64,000 nt of DNA, taken from the NCBI GenBank assembly GCA_035913795.1, contig JAMIIA010000116.1:1095-65094 (forward strand), given 5' to 3'. The translations under genes and the position numbers were made by a program. Source of the DNA: Bacteroidales bacterium (GTDB lineage: Bacteria > Bacteroidota > Bacteroidia > Bacteroidales > UBA10428). Of this stretch, positions 39,081-49,364 are shown piece by piece. How positions within the stretch are numbered: the stretch's first letter is position 1; each line of letters begins with the position of its first letter. Below the pieces are notes generated by a model. That model searched no databases. It had not been told where the DNA came from and saw only the letters and a list, made by a program, of their open reading frames with translations.

Positions 39081-40379
39081 ATGAATTATAAGGTAGTTTC
39101 GGCTGAGGAGGCTGTGAAGAGTATCAAGTCAGGCGATCGCGTTCACCTGAGCAGTGTAGCAGTTACACCGCATGCCCTTATCAAGGCAATGGTGGAAAGA
39201 GGACGAAAAAAAGAGCTTAACAATGTAAAAATCCATCATATTCATACGGAAGGTCCCGCTCCTTATGCCGATGCTGAATTTGAAGGCGTATTTCAACTCG
39301 AATCCTTTTTTGTAGGCGGCAACGTGCGCAAGGCAACCCAGGCAGGTTATGCCGATTACATTCCGGTATTTCTTTGCGAAACACAAAAACTGATACGTCA
39401 GGGTTACCTTCCTATTAATGTAGTGATGGTTCAGGTTTCACCTCCCGATAAACATGGATATGTTTCGCTTGGCACATCGGTCGATGCCACCCTAGCAGCC
39501 ATCGAAACTGCTGGTATTGTAATTGCTCAGGTAAACAAATACGTACCCCGTACATGGGGCGATGCCCAAATTAATATTCGCGATATTGATTTGTTTGTAG
39601 AACACGACGAACCGCTATATCTGCACCACAACCCACCGATTACAGAGATAGAAGCAGCCATTGGTAGAAATGTAGCTGCCTTGGTAGAGGATGGAGCTTG
39701 CCTTCAGATGGGAATAGGGGGTATTCCTAATGCAGTTTTGGCTCAATTAGGAAGCCATAAAGATCTGGGCGTTCATTCCGAAATGTTCTCCGACGGGCTT
39801 CTGCCCCTTATTGAAAAGGGAGTTGTAAACGGAAAACGTAAACAAATCGATAACGGCAAAATTGTGGCTTCTTTTATAATGGGAACCGAAAAATTATATG
39901 AATTTGTCGACGACAACCCGATGGTTGCCATGATGGATGTGAAGCATACCAATTCGGTACCCAGCATTCGCTTAAACCATAAAGTCACTGCCATCAACTC
40001 GGCACTTTCGGTTGATATTACCGGACAGGTTTGTGCTGACTCTATTGGTATCAAACATTATTCGGGTGTTGGTGGTCAAATTGATTTTATTCGTGGTGCC
40101 GGATATTCCGAAGGTGGTAAACCCATTATTGCAATTCCATCTGTTACTGCAAAAGGCGTTTCGAAAATTGCCCCAACCCTTCTCGAAGGCTCAGGAGTCG
40201 TAACCACACGTGCCAATATGCACTGGCTGGTAACAGAGCATGGTGCTGTTAATTTGTACGGAAAAACACTGCAAGAAAGAGCTAAACTTATTATCTCTAT
40301 TGCGCACCCCAACCACCGCGAAGCTTTAGACAAAGCAGCTTTTGAAAGATTTGGTCCCCATTTTCATTATATTGGATAA
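39081..40379 (+). CDS. Acetyl-CoA hydrolase/transferase family protein (4-hydroxybutyrate/butyryl-CoA:acetate CoA-transferase type)
   Basis: 432-aa ORF with 'LQMGIGGIPNAVL', 'HSEMFSDG' and 'SGVGGQIDFIRGA'. Confidence 0.85.
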   Translation: MNYKVVSAEEAVKSIKSGDRVHLSSVAVTPHALIKAMVERGRKKELNNVKIHHIHTEGPAPYADAEFEGVFQLESFFVGGNVRKATQAGYADYIPVFLCETQKLIRQGYLPINVVMVQVSPPDKHGYVSLGTSVDATLAAIETAGIVIAQVNKYVPRTWGDAQINIRDIDLFVEHDEPLYLHHNPPITEIEAAIGRNVAALVEDGACLQMGIGGIPNAVLAQLGSHKDLGVHSEMFSDGLLPLIEKGVVNGKRKQIDNGKIVASFIMGTEKLYEFVDDNPMVAMMDVKHTNSVPSIRLNHKVTAINSALSVDITGQVCADSIGIKHYSGVGGQIDFIRGAGYSEGGKPIIAIPSVTAKGVSKIAPTLLEGSGVVTTRANMHWLVTEHGAVNLYGKTLQERAKLIISIAHPNHREALDKAAFERFGPHFHYIG

Positions 40380-40400
40380 AACAAGGTATTTCCTCCTAAT

Positions 40401-40436
40401 AAAATGGTTGCCCCAAATGGCAACCATTTTTTTTAT
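40401..40436 (+). terminator. Intrinsic terminator
   Basis: Stem aaaatggttgcc/ggcaaccatttt with a 6-nt loop and a T-run. Confidence 0.75.
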
Positions 40437-40506
40437 CTGTCTGAAAAGTACACTTTTGAAGAAATTATCAAAATAGATTACGAAATCAATTCCTCCGGAA
40501 GAATAA

Positions 40507-42159
40507 ATGAAAGAATCGAAAGGGGGAAATAGCAATTCAAGTATCTTTGATTATTCAGCAACACAAAACCAAATGGAACTATTTTTCACCGACTACTTCG
40601 CCCTCTTTTTAATCATTTGCCTGGGTTTTATTCTCGGAAACACTAAAATAAAAGGAATTTCACTCGATGTATCAGCTATAATATTTGTTTCACTCCTATT
40701 TGGTCACCTGGGTGTTTCTTTGCCCGATATTCTTGGTACCATAGGTCTGATCTTATTTATTTATACAATAGGCATGCAGGCGGGGCCCGGTTTTTTTGAC
40801 TCGTTTAAAACGCATGGTCGCAAGCTTGTTGTTTTGGCTGTAATTGTTACCCTATCGGCCTCGATAATAACCCTGGCCAGTATTTGGCTCCTGCATATCG
40901 ACAAAAATATAGCCATCGGGTTGCTTTCCGGAGCACTCACGAGCACTCCCGGCCTGGCCGCTGCCATAGTAAGTACCCAATCATCGTTAGCATCCATTGG
41001 TTATGGTATTGCTTATCCGTTTGGAGTAATCGGGGTAATTTTGTTTGTGCGGCTTTACCCCCGCTTGCTTAAAGTGAATATTGCAAAGGAAGAAGAAGCC
41101 TATGAGGCTGTGACACGATCTCACTACGACGAGTTATCTCCACGTAATTTTTCGGTTGAAAACGAAAATGTTATCGGAAAATCGCTCTCAGAATTGCGAA
41201 TACGCACCATTACCCAAGCTGTAATTTCCAGAGTTTACAAAAATGGTGAGGCATTTCCCCCCTCCCCGGATACTATACTTCAAAAAGGAGACCTGATAAG
41301 GGCGGTTGGCACCAACGAAGCATTACGCCGAATTGAATTACTTATCGGCCATTCTACCGAGAAAGAGATTCCCATGGGGGAAAATTTTGAACTCCAGTCG
41401 GTACTGGTTACCAACAAAGAAGTGGTGAATAAACCGCTTGCCGAATTTAACCTCTGGGGTAACTATCAGGCCACCATTACACGGGTCAGACGAAGTGGAA
41501 TTGACATTACCCCCAACCCCCAACTGCGCGTTCTGATGGGCGACAAGCTAATGGTAGCCTGCAGCCGCGATAACATGAAACAAGTTGTAAGCCTCTTTGG
41601 CAACAACGATAAAAAGCTTTCCGACACTGATTTTTTTCCCATCGCAGCAGGTATTGTACTTGGTATTTTATTAGGACAGCTTTCCATTTCTTTTGGCGAT
41701 TCATTCACGTTCAATTTAGGACTTACCGGTGGAATTCTAATTACCTCTTTGCTGTTGGGTCGCATTGGTAAAACAGGTAAAGTATTATGGACCATGTCAG
41801 CCAGCGCAAACCAATTACTGCGCCAACTAGGACTCATGTTCTTTCTTGCCTCTGTTGGCACTAAAGCAGGAGCAACACTCATAGAAACTTTTTCTACTTA
41901 CGGCATCATGCTCTTTTTCATTGGCGCTGTATTGACTGTTTTTCCAATGATTGTAGCAGCCCTTGCTGCAAGAATTATTTATAAAATGAATGTGCTTACT
42001 ATGCTTGGAGCTCTTACAGGAGCAATGACCAGCACACCTGGTCTGGCTGCGGTGGACCCCATGACCGACACAAATGCTCCTTCTGTTGCCTACGCTACGG
42101 TATATCCCATTGCCATGGTATTTTTAATTGTCTGCATTCAGGTGTTATGCCTCTTTTAA
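40507..42159 (+). CDS. YidE/YbjL-type transporter (AAE family) with two central RCK_C/TrkA-C domains
   Basis: 550-aa ORF with duplicated 5-TM halves ('GALTSTPGLAAA' / 'GAMTSTPGLAAV') flanking 'GKSLSELRIR...ISRVYKNGE...GDLIRAVG'. Confidence 0.8.
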   Translation: MKESKGGNSNSSIFDYSATQNQMELFFTDYFALFLIICLGFILGNTKIKGISLDVSAIIFVSLLFGHLGVSLPDILGTIGLILFIYTIGMQAGPGFFDSFKTHGRKLVVLAVIVTLSASIITLASIWLLHIDKNIAIGLLSGALTSTPGLAAAIVSTQSSLASIGYGIAYPFGVIGVILFVRLYPRLLKVNIAKEEEAYEAVTRSHYDELSPRNFSVENENVIGKSLSELRIRTITQAVISRVYKNGEAFPPSPDTILQKGDLIRAVGTNEALRRIELLIGHSTEKEIPMGENFELQSVLVTNKEVVNKPLAEFNLWGNYQATITRVRRSGIDITPNPQLRVLMGDKLMVACSRDNMKQVVSLFGNNDKKLSDTDFFPIAAGIVLGILLGQLSISFGDSFTFNLGLTGGILITSLLLGRIGKTGKVLWTMSASANQLLRQLGLMFFLASVGTKAGATLIETFSTYGIMLFFIGAVLTVFPMIVAALAARIIYKMNVLTMLGALTGAMTSTPGLAAVDPMTDTNAPSVAYATVYPIAMVFLIVCIQVLCLF

Positions 42160-42287
42160 TTCAATGAAAATGATTATCGAGCACCTCATAACAGGCAAAA
42201 TATATTATACCGTTTTTTTTTCTTAGCTTGAAGCCAAATTAGATCAAAGCCAACATTGGCTGTAAAACCAATAATTGAAAGAAGTAT

Positions 42288-42770
42288 ATGCGAAATGGTT
42301 CGAATTTTAGCGACATAGCCGACAGAATAGAAAAACTCATTGCAAGTTGGGAAGTTAGATTGCTTCAATTGCCCATGGAGGCACGCACCGAACGCTTTAA
42401 CAAGCAAAACCGAAGTATCAAGCAGATTCTCGGACACATGATTGATTCGGCCTGCAACAACCATCAACGCATTGTCCGGCTTCAGTACAACGAAAAGCTT
42501 GAATTTCCGGATTACAGACCGGAGAACGACATCTGGATAAAAGTGCAGCATTACCAGACCGAAGACTGGAGTCTGATGATTAACCTTTGGAAATACTACA
42601 ACCTCCATTTGTGCCACCTCTTTTTAAATGTAGATGAAAACTGCCTGGCGAATTGCTGGATCGATGCCGATGGAATGCAGGTAACTTTGCGGGAAATGAT
42701 GGAAGGCTACCTGGTTCATTTCGAATTGCACCTCTACGAAATTGATGACCTGTTAACCCAAAAAACATAG
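42288..42770 (+). CDS. DinB-family protein
   Basis: 160-aa ORF with 'ILGHMIDSACNNHQRIVRL' and a C-terminal 'HFELH'. Confidence 0.65.
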   Translation: MRNGSNFSDIADRIEKLIASWEVRLLQLPMEARTERFNKQNRSIKQILGHMIDSACNNHQRIVRLQYNEKLEFPDYRPENDIWIKVQHYQTEDWSLMINLWKYYNLHLCHLFLNVDENCLANCWIDADGMQVTLREMMEGYLVHFELHLYEIDDLLTQKT

Positions 42771-42787
42771 TAATCTCTTAGAAGAAG

Positions 42788-42822
42788 AAAGGCTCCGGAA
42801 AAACTTCCGGAGCCTTTTTTTT
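42788..42822. terminator. Bidirectional intrinsic terminator between convergent genes
   Basis: Stem aaaggctccggaa/ttccggagccttt with loop aaac. An A-run precedes it and a T-run follows. Confidence 0.8.
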
Positions 42823-42842
42823 ATTATCCTTCATTAATCGAA

Positions 42843-44324
42843 CTAAAAACGCCAACCCATGGTTGCCATTATCCGGTGTGCCTTCATATCAAGGTTGGCT
42901 GACGGAGCATAGTCAACTCCATCGAGGTTAACCTGGTACAATATTTCGCGTTCGTCGTAATTGGTATACTGGTATGCAATATCAAAAAAGAATACCTCAT
43001 CGCGAATGCCTAAGCCACCTGTATAGCTGATCCGGTAAGCATCCCAGTTTTCTTCGGTTTCGGCATAAGGGCTGCCATAAAATCCTATTCCACCCCTCAG
43101 ATAAGTTTTGCCCAACCTTAACTCTGTTCCACTCTTTATATTAAGGGCATCTTTGTATATTACTGCAATGTTTTCATTCTCTATATCAAAATCAGAAACT
43201 GGCCCCATTCGCATAGAGGCATAATTGATATAATCCATGTCGGCACTTACAATTAAAAATTTTCCCATTACAACTGCCGCGCTGGCTGTAAGCTTCGCAG
43301 GTGTTGTAACCTGATACTCGTTCTCGAGGTATTCAATGTTGTTGCCATTTTCATCGATAGGATACAAGACTTCAGTATTATCATTCAGAAATACCGACGA
43401 AATATTGGTGCTGTATTGCTCATTCAGGTTGTAATATACAGGCGAATGGACAGAAGCTCCAATTCTTAAAAAATTAACCGGTTTAAGAATAAATCCGAAT
43501 TTGGCTGCGAAGCCATTGCCGGTTACATCGAGTGACTCGTTGTAGTTAAAATAATTATACTCGCGAAAGTTAGCGTCGTACTCTTTAAAAGTCCTGTCCA
43601 TGGTATATCGCACGATGTGCCAACCCAGTGTACCACCCACATAGAAAAATTCATTAAAGTTGAATCCCATACTAAAAGTCCACTCGTTGATGCGGCCTGT
43701 TTCGTTATTCACCACACGCTGTTCGGTTTCTCTAAATGTACCATTCTCGTAATAACCATAATCTGGGTCATCGTTTAGAAAATAGCCAATCTCATTATCG
43801 TAATCGATAACATAGGCATCATAGAATAAAGCCGATCCAAAGGCGTCGAGACCATATTCATTGGACAAACCTGCCTGGTAATGACCAAAAGAAGTACTAG
43901 GGTTATCGCCATCGATTACCGAATTTCGATGAAAATTGGCCAGTCTGTTAAAACCTATTCCCATGTTTAATGCCTTTAGAACACCCTCTTTAATTGGGAT
44001 ATTGGCTACATAACCCAGGTTGCTGATATTGAAGTTGGTTTTACTTTCCTCCACCACGTTGCCGAAATACCTTGAGGTGGTATTCTTGAAATATAGTTCG
44101 GGTGTAAAGGTAAATTCAGAAGCCCTGTAAACACCAAGCCCTGCAGGGTTATTGCTCAAAGTAGAAAAATCGCCTCCGAGCGCACCAAAAGCGCCACCCA
44201 TAGCCACCGAGCGGGCTGTTCCGCCAATAGAATGCTGCGAATACCGTAAAGCATCGACATGACTTTGGCTCAGGCTGTTTAGCAGGCCTGCAAACAATAG
44301 TAGGAATGTGATATTTAGTTTCAT
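42843..44324 (-). CDS. Outer-membrane beta-barrel protein (FadL/PorV-like class)
   Basis: Start set at the ATG at 44324, giving MKLNITFLLLFAGLLNSLSQ (signal peptide). It also has 'ARSVAMGGAFGALGGDFSTLSNNPAGLG' and a C-terminal aromatic '...MGWRF'. The longer track ORF (to 44522) overlaps the upstream gene and lacks a signal peptide. Confidence 0.7.
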   Translation of the reverse strand: MKLNITFLLLFAGLLNSLSQSHVDALRYSQHSIGGTARSVAMGGAFGALGGDFSTLSNNPAGLGVYRASEFTFTPELYFKNTTSRYFGNVVEESKTNFNISNLGYVANIPIKEGVLKALNMGIGFNRLANFHRNSVIDGDNPSTSFGHYQAGLSNEYGLDAFGSALFYDAYVIDYDNEIGYFLNDDPDYGYYENGTFRETEQRVVNNETGRINEWTFSMGFNFNEFFYVGGTLGWHIVRYTMDRTFKEYDANFREYNYFNYNESLDVTGNGFAAKFGFILKPVNFLRIGASVHSPVYYNLNEQYSTNISSVFLNDNTEVLYPIDENGNNIEYLENEYQVTTPAKLTASAAVVMGKFLIVSADMDYINYASMRMGPVSDFDIENENIAVIYKDALNIKSGTELRLGKTYLRGGIGFYGSPYAETEENWDAYRISYTGGLGIRDEVFFFDIAYQYTNYDEREILYQVNLDGVDYAPSANLDMKAHRIMATMGWRF

Positions 44325-44352
44325 GACTTGTAGATTGAAGAAATACTTTTTT

Positions 44353-45807
44353 TTATTTACGTCGGGTTGTGCTTCCTCCTGAACTACTACCAGAACTGGT
44401 ACCTGAACTGCCCGACGAACTTCTTGAAGGTGTTGATACCGATGAATTCGAAGGGGCACTGGTACTTCTCGATGTGTTATTAGAAGGTTCAGAATAAGTG
44501 CGTTGCGGGGCAGAGCTACCACTATTGGATGGCGCTGTGCGCGTATTGTTCGAACTACCCGAGTTAGAAGGTCGTTGATAGGTACTATTTCCGGCGCCAG
44601 AACCGGAGCTCTGGGTTGGGCGGTTTGTTGATGGCACTGAATATGTGCGTTGTGGGCTTGTGCTATTGTTGTTTACAGGTGCAGGGTTGGTGTTTACTGA
44701 ACTACCCGATGAAGTAGGTCGCTGATACGTGCCACTGCCTTCGCCAGTTCCAGAACTTTGAGTCGGGCGTGTATTTGATGGACTCGTATAGGTTGTACTC
44801 CTGGTATTATCGCCTGACCTGTTGTAGGTATTTGTTGGGCGAGAATATCCTGAACTACTATTTCCAGAAGGACGACTATAGCCACTCGTATTTCCACCAT
44901 CACTATCGGTTGATTTATATGTGCCAGAAGATTGCTGCGAACCGGACGGGGTGGTCCGAACTGGTGTGCTACCTGATGAGGAGCCTCTGGTTTGAGTTGA
45001 AGCAGCGCCTGTACTCACACTACCACCATAAGATCTGGTAGACACATTGCTGTTCGATTGAGAAGCTGCACCCGAAGTACTATTCACTACAGGTCTACGG
45101 GTATTTGCACTTACCGAGCCACCACGAACACTTGTAGTAGAGGTGCTTGAAGCCGAATACCGTCTACCATTTGCTACCGAAGTAGTTTTATAATAGGGTT
45201 CAGAATAATAATACGAAGGATAAGAATGGTGATAGTAACTCACCGAATAGCGACTGTAATAAGGATAAGGACTATAATAATAATAAGGCGAATACCAGGG
45301 ATCGTAATAAGTAGAATAATAGTAACTGGGGTATCCGTAAGAAACTCCCCAACCCCATCCAGAATAGGGATAACCCGAGTACATGCTTACACTGTACCGT
45401 ACAGAAGGACTACTGACCACTGGCTCGTAGTATCCACAAGATATGCAATCGTCGTTAAAGCGGTTTATCTCCGATTCGTAATCGGTATCAACATAATAAT
45501 TATCGACATAGTCGTAATTTTCAGCAGGTTCTTCATTTATAGCTTCGGTTGCAGTACCGGCGACAACCACTGCTCCAGCCTGGCTATTATCCTGATCTGC
45601 CGACTCTTTTAACGCAAGTTGAGCTTCAAGCTCTTGAATACGGGCTTCTTTTTCTTTGAGTTCGGCCTCTTGTCTTGCTTTCTCGTCCTTTTTCGCATTA
45701 TAATAAAGGTCGTCATTTTCACTGTAGGAAGACTGTTTGATGCTGGCACAAGAAGAAAGAACCAGCATTATTAAAGTGAGGTAAAATAAGGTGCTTTTCA
45801 TGGCCAT
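44353..45807 (-). CDS. Low-complexity Tyr-rich / Ser-Thr-rich lipoprotein
   Basis: 484-aa ORF with lipobox 'LVLSSC' and a coiled-coil stretch 'KARQEAELKEKEARIQELEAQLALKE'. I count 28 Tyr in residues 138-206. A roughly 280-aa S/T/N/G/R tail follows, with imperfect repeats (TYQRP...SSGSS...PQRTYS.PS..RPTQSSG.G). Confidence 0.7.
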   Translation of the reverse strand: MAMKSTLFYLTLIMLVLSSCASIKQSSYSENDDLYYNAKKDEKARQEAELKEKEARIQELEAQLALKESADQDNSQAGAVVVAGTATEAINEEPAENYDYVDNYYVDTDYESEINRFNDDCISCGYYEPVVSSPSVRYSVSMYSGYPYSGWGWGVSYGYPSYYYSTYYDPWYSPYYYYSPYPYYSRYSVSYYHHSYPSYYYSEPYYKTTSVANGRRYSASSTSTTSVRGGSVSANTRRPVVNSTSGAASQSNSNVSTRSYGGSVSTGAASTQTRGSSSGSTPVRTTPSGSQQSSGTYKSTDSDGGNTSGYSRPSGNSSSGYSRPTNTYNRSGDNTRSTTYTSPSNTRPTQSSGTGEGSGTYQRPTSSGSSVNTNPAPVNNNSTSPQRTYSVPSTNRPTQSSGSGAGNSTYQRPSNSGSSNNTRTAPSNSGSSAPQRTYSEPSNNTSRSTSAPSNSSVSTPSRSSSGSSGTSSGSSSGGSTTRRK

Positions 45808-45900
45808 CCCTCCGTCTTTTGGTTGTGTATTTAAAATAATATTTGTTTACTTTGCACAAATTTCGATTTAATATTTCAAATACCATACCAAAAAACTGCA

Positions 45901-47379
45901 ATGGCAAAAGAATTAACCAGCAGAAAAGAGAATTACTCGCAGTGGTACAACGACCTTGTGATGAAGGCCGATTTGGCCGAAAATTCAGCTGTAAGAGGTT
46001 GCATGGTTATTAAACCCTATGGTTATGCCATCTGGGAAAAAATGCAGGCTGCGCTTGATAAAATGTTCAAAGAAACCGGGCATATGAATGCTTATTTTCC
46101 TTTGTTCATTCCAAAATCATTTTTTAGCAAGGAGGCTGCACATGTTGAAGGTTTCGCCAAAGAATGTGCCGTAGTAACTCACTATCGTTTGAGAACCTCA
46201 GACGATGGAAAAGGAATTGTGGTTGACGAAAACGCAAAACTGGAAGAAGAACTCATTGTGCGCCCTACCTCCGAAACCATAATCTGGCACACCTACAAAA
46301 ACTGGATACAATCCTACCGCGACCTTCCGATCTTAATCAACCAATGGGCAAATGTGGTTCGCTGGGAAATGCGCACCCGCTTGTTTTTGCGTACGGCTGA
46401 ATTTCTATGGCAGGAAGGCCACACAGCACATGCTACTCAGGAGGAGGCGGTGGAAGAAACAAAAAAAATGCTCGAAGTGTACGCTCACTTTGCGGAGAGT
46501 TTTATGGCTTTGCCCGTGTTAAAAGGGCTTAAATCGGCCAACGAACGCTTTGCCGGTGCACTCGACACCTATTGCATCGAAGCGTTGATGCAAGATGGAA
46601 AAGCCTTACAGGCTGGCACCTCTCACTTCCTCGGACAAAATTTTGCAAAGGCATTCGACGTGAAATACCTGAGTAAAGAAAGTAAGCTAGAATATGTGTG
46701 GGCTACTTCCTGGGGAGTATCGACCCGCTTAATGGGTGCACTTATCATGGCGCATTCCGATGACAATGGATTGGTATTGCCACCCAAACTGGCCCCTTAC
46801 CATGTAGTTATTGTGCCAATCTATAAAACAACCGAACAGCTCGCTGCCATTTCCGAACAAGCGCTTCAGATAAAAAAGAACCTCGAAGCGAAAGGCATTT
46901 CTGTTAAGTACGACAACCGCGATACGCATAAACCAGGCTGGAAATTTGCCGAATATGAATTAAAGGGTTTCCCGGTTCGTATTGCTATCGGACCACGTGA
47001 CCTGGAAAATAGCACAGCCGAAATAGCGCGCCGCGACACTCTTGAGAAAGAAATTGTGGCCCTCGAGAATATTGCCAACTATGTACCCGATTTGCTGGAA
47101 GCCATTCAGGAGAATATTTACAGGAAAGCCTATGATTTTCGCGCTGAAAATACTCTCAAAGCCGAAACCTGGGACGAGTTTGTGGACATCATAGAAAATA
47201 AAGGTGGTTTTGTTTTGGCCCACTGGGATGGCACCACCGAAACTGAAATAACTATTAAGGATAAAACCAAGGCTACCATTCGCTGCATTCCACTCGAATC
47301 GTCGGATGAGGGACCAGGAAAATGTATATTCACCGGAAAGCCATCAGCCCGAAGAGTGGTTTTTGCACGATCATATTAA
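45901..47379 (+). CDS. proS: Proline--tRNA ligase (archaeal/eukaryote-like type)
   Basis: 492-aa ORF with '[16 protein letters not shown]...[16 protein letters not shown]', no INS editing insertion, and a C-terminus '...RVVFARSY'. Confidence 0.9.
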   Translation: MAKELTSRKENYSQWYNDLVMKADLAENSAVRGCMVIKPYGYAIWEKMQAALDKMFKETGHMNAYFPLFIPKSFFSKEAAHVEGFAKECAVVTHYRLRTSDDGKGIVVDENAKLEEELIVRPTSETIIWHTYKNWIQSYRDLPILINQWANVVRWEMRTRLFLRTAEFLWQEGHTAHATQEEAVEETKKMLEVYAHFAESFMALPVLKGLKSANERFAGALDTYCIEALMQDGKALQAGTSHFLGQNFAKAFDVKYLSKESKLEYVWATSWGVSTRLMGALIMAHSDDNGLVLPPKLAPYHVVIVPIYKTTEQLAAISEQALQIKKNLEAKGISVKYDNRDTHKPGWKFAEYELKGFPVRIAIGPRDLENSTAEIARRDTLEKEIVALENIANYVPDLLEAIQENIYRKAYDFRAENTLKAETWDEFVDIIENKGGFVLAHWDGTTETEITIKDKTKATIRCIPLESSDEGPGKCIFTGKPSARRVVFARSY

Positions 47380-47399
47380 TACATTCAAACTTCTGTCAG

Positions 47400-47427
47400 A
47401 CGCTGGTTTTATTATCCGGCGTTTTTA
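47400..47427 (+). terminator. Candidate intrinsic terminator after proS
   Basis: A 7-bp stem acgctgg/ccggcgt (one G-U pair) with a 9-nt loop, followed by ttttt. Confidence 0.45.
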
Positions 47428-47627
47428 TACTTTTGCTGCAGCTGCAAATACTGGGGTGATTAGCTCTTTGATAGTTCTGTAAATGCTTGTTGGAAGAAAT
47501 GCTTGGGAGAAATACAATCAATCAATTATAGATTTTTTGCCTATGTTTCTTTTCTATGAATTTTATCAGTATAAGATTCAATATCCTTTTATTATTTCCC
47601 AGTTCTAATTAATAATAAACTTTTAAG

Positions 47628-49304
47628 ATGAGAATTTTCTTTATTGCCTTTACTGCTGCGACATTCATACTGTCGTGCAAACAACCTGAAACGAAACCGA
47701 TTTCGGAAATGCAAAAAAAAGTAGACCAATTTGCGAGTTTTACACTTACATCCGACACCTCGGATTTGTCGGACAACGAAAAAGAGATGCTTCGTATTTT
47801 TATTGAGACCGCCGAAATTATGGACAATTTGTTCTGGCAGCAGGCATATGGCGAAAAGCATCAGGCTCTTGAACTTACAACCGATTCGGTTGCACAAAAA
47901 TTTATTCTTATTAATTATGGGCCCTGGGAACGCTTGAATGGGAACTTGCCATTTATAGAGGGGATTGGTGAAAAACCACTTGGCGCTCAATTTTACCCTG
48001 TAGATATGAGCAAGGAAGAATTTGAAGCCTTTCAGGCCGAAGACAAAACCTCATTGTATACCATTATCCGGCGCGACACTGCCGGTAAGTTGGTGAGTAT
48101 ACCTTATCATATAGCCTACGAAGCTGAGTTGAAAAGAGCTTCTCAACTGCTAAAAAAAGCAGCCACCCTTGCCGACGATCCAGGCCTTAAAACCTATCTC
48201 GAACTTAGAAGTGAGGCGCTTCTTACAAGCAATTACCTGGCAAGTGACCTGGCCTGGATGGATATGAAAACCAACCGCCTCGATTTTGTAGTAGGCCCCA
48301 TTGAAAACTACGAAGACCAATTGTATAACTACAAAGCAGCTTTCGAGGCCTATGTGCTTATAAAAGATTTGGAGTGGTCGAAAAAACTGGATCGTTATGC
48401 TGCCTTGCTGCCTGCGCTTCAGAAGAAATTACCTGTTGAAGAGCGCTACAAAGCCGAAACACCAGGCACCAACTCCGACCTGGGTGCGTACGATGTAGTA
48501 TATTATGCCGGCGATTGCAATGCAGGCAGTAAAACCATAGCCATTAACCTGCCCAACGACCCCATTGTGCATAAAGAAAAAGGAAGCCGAAGGCTTCAAC
48601 TTAAAAATGCCATGCAGGCCAAGTACGAAAAAATTATGGTGCCAATTGCGCAAACACTTATTAACCCAGATCAACAAAAGCACCTGACTTTCGACGCGTT
48701 CTTCGAAAACACCATGCTTCACGAAGTGGCCCATGGAATTGGCATCAGCTATACCATCACTACCGGCGAAGAAGTACGTACAGCGATGAAAGATAAATCG
48801 TCGGCGCTGGAAGAAGGCAAAGCCGATATTCTGGGCGTTTTCCTTGTAAAAGAACTCATTGATATGGGCGAACTGAAAACCGATATTATGAACAATTATG
48901 TGACCTTCACCGCCGGCCTTTTTCGTTCGATTCGATTTGGTGCTTCCAGTGCACACGGAGTATCTAACCTCATACGCTACAACTACTTTCTGGAGCAGAG
49001 TGCTTTTAGCCGTTCAACCCAAGGAATTTATACCATCGATGCGGCGAAAATGGAAACAGCCATCAACAGCCTTTCGGGAATTATCTTAAAAATTCAAGGG
49101 GATGGCGACTATGCGGCTGCTGTAGACCTGATAGAAAGGTACGGTAAGGTTTCGGCCGAACTGCAGCAGGATCTGGACAAAATTAATCAGCAGAATATTC
49201 CCGTCGACATTGTGTTCGAACAGGGTACCAAAGTACTGGGGTTAAGCGATTGCAATAAAACAAAATGCACCGAAAAGAAAATGTGCTGCAAAGAGAAAAA
49301 ATAA
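47628..49304 (+). CDS. Peptidase M49 (dipeptidyl-peptidase III-like) family lipoprotein with an HExxH variant zinc site
   Basis: 558-aa ORF with lipobox 'FILSCK' and zinc motifs 'MLHEVAHGIG' and 'LEEGKADILG', resembling the pentapeptide-type DPP III / NUDT3 C-terminal group. It has a Cys/Lys-rich tail. Confidence 0.7.
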   Translation: MRIFFIAFTAATFILSCKQPETKPISEMQKKVDQFASFTLTSDTSDLSDNEKEMLRIFIETAEIMDNLFWQQAYGEKHQALELTTDSVAQKFILINYGPWERLNGNLPFIEGIGEKPLGAQFYPVDMSKEEFEAFQAEDKTSLYTIIRRDTAGKLVSIPYHIAYEAELKRASQLLKKAATLADDPGLKTYLELRSEALLTSNYLASDLAWMDMKTNRLDFVVGPIENYEDQLYNYKAAFEAYVLIKDLEWSKKLDRYAALLPALQKKLPVEERYKAETPGTNSDLGAYDVVYYAGDCNAGSKTIAINLPNDPIVHKEKGSRRLQLKNAMQAKYEKIMVPIAQTLINPDQQKHLTFDAFFENTMLHEVAHGIGISYTITTGEEVRTAMKDKSSALEEGKADILGVFLVKELIDMGELKTDIMNNYVTFTAGLFRSIRFGASSAHGVSNLIRYNYFLEQSAFSRSTQGIYTIDAAKMETAINSLSGIILKIQGDGDYAAAVDLIERYGKVSAELQQDLDKINQQNIPVDIVFEQGTKVLGLSDCNKTKCTEKKMCCKEKK

Positions 49305-49323
49305 GCGCAACTAATAATACTGA

Positions 49324-49364
49324 ACTGCCGGCAGAATTTCCTTCCTGCCGGCAGTGCTTTTTTA
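49324..49364 (+). terminator. Intrinsic terminator
   Basis: An 11-bp perfect stem actgccggcag/ctgccggcagt with a 10-nt loop, followed by gctttttt. Confidence 0.75.

Noticed and set aside
42186-42617. 143-aa minus-strand ORF overlapping the DinB-family gene
   Set aside because: The plus-strand frame carries the DinB-type string ILGHMIDSACNNHQRIVRL and is followed by a strong terminator. The minus-strand frame has no motif.
44325-44522. N-terminal 66-residue extension of the 559-aa track ORF (42843-44522), which overlaps the 3' end of the Tyr-rich lipoprotein gene
   Set aside because: The extension (MVALPRNALILNLL…) has no signal peptide and runs antisense-frame through the repeat-rich upstream gene. 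The internal ATG at 44324 gives a textbook signal peptide (MKLNITFLLLFAGLLNSLSQ), so I shortened the gene.
44694-45612. Several 69-128-aa ORFs in other frames and on the other strand within the Tyr/Ser-rich gene
   Set aside because: These are artefacts of codon-repeat DNA (Tyr TAT/TAC and Ser AGT/TCN runs lack stops in other frames). Only the 484-aa frame has a lipoprotein signal and a sensible operon context.
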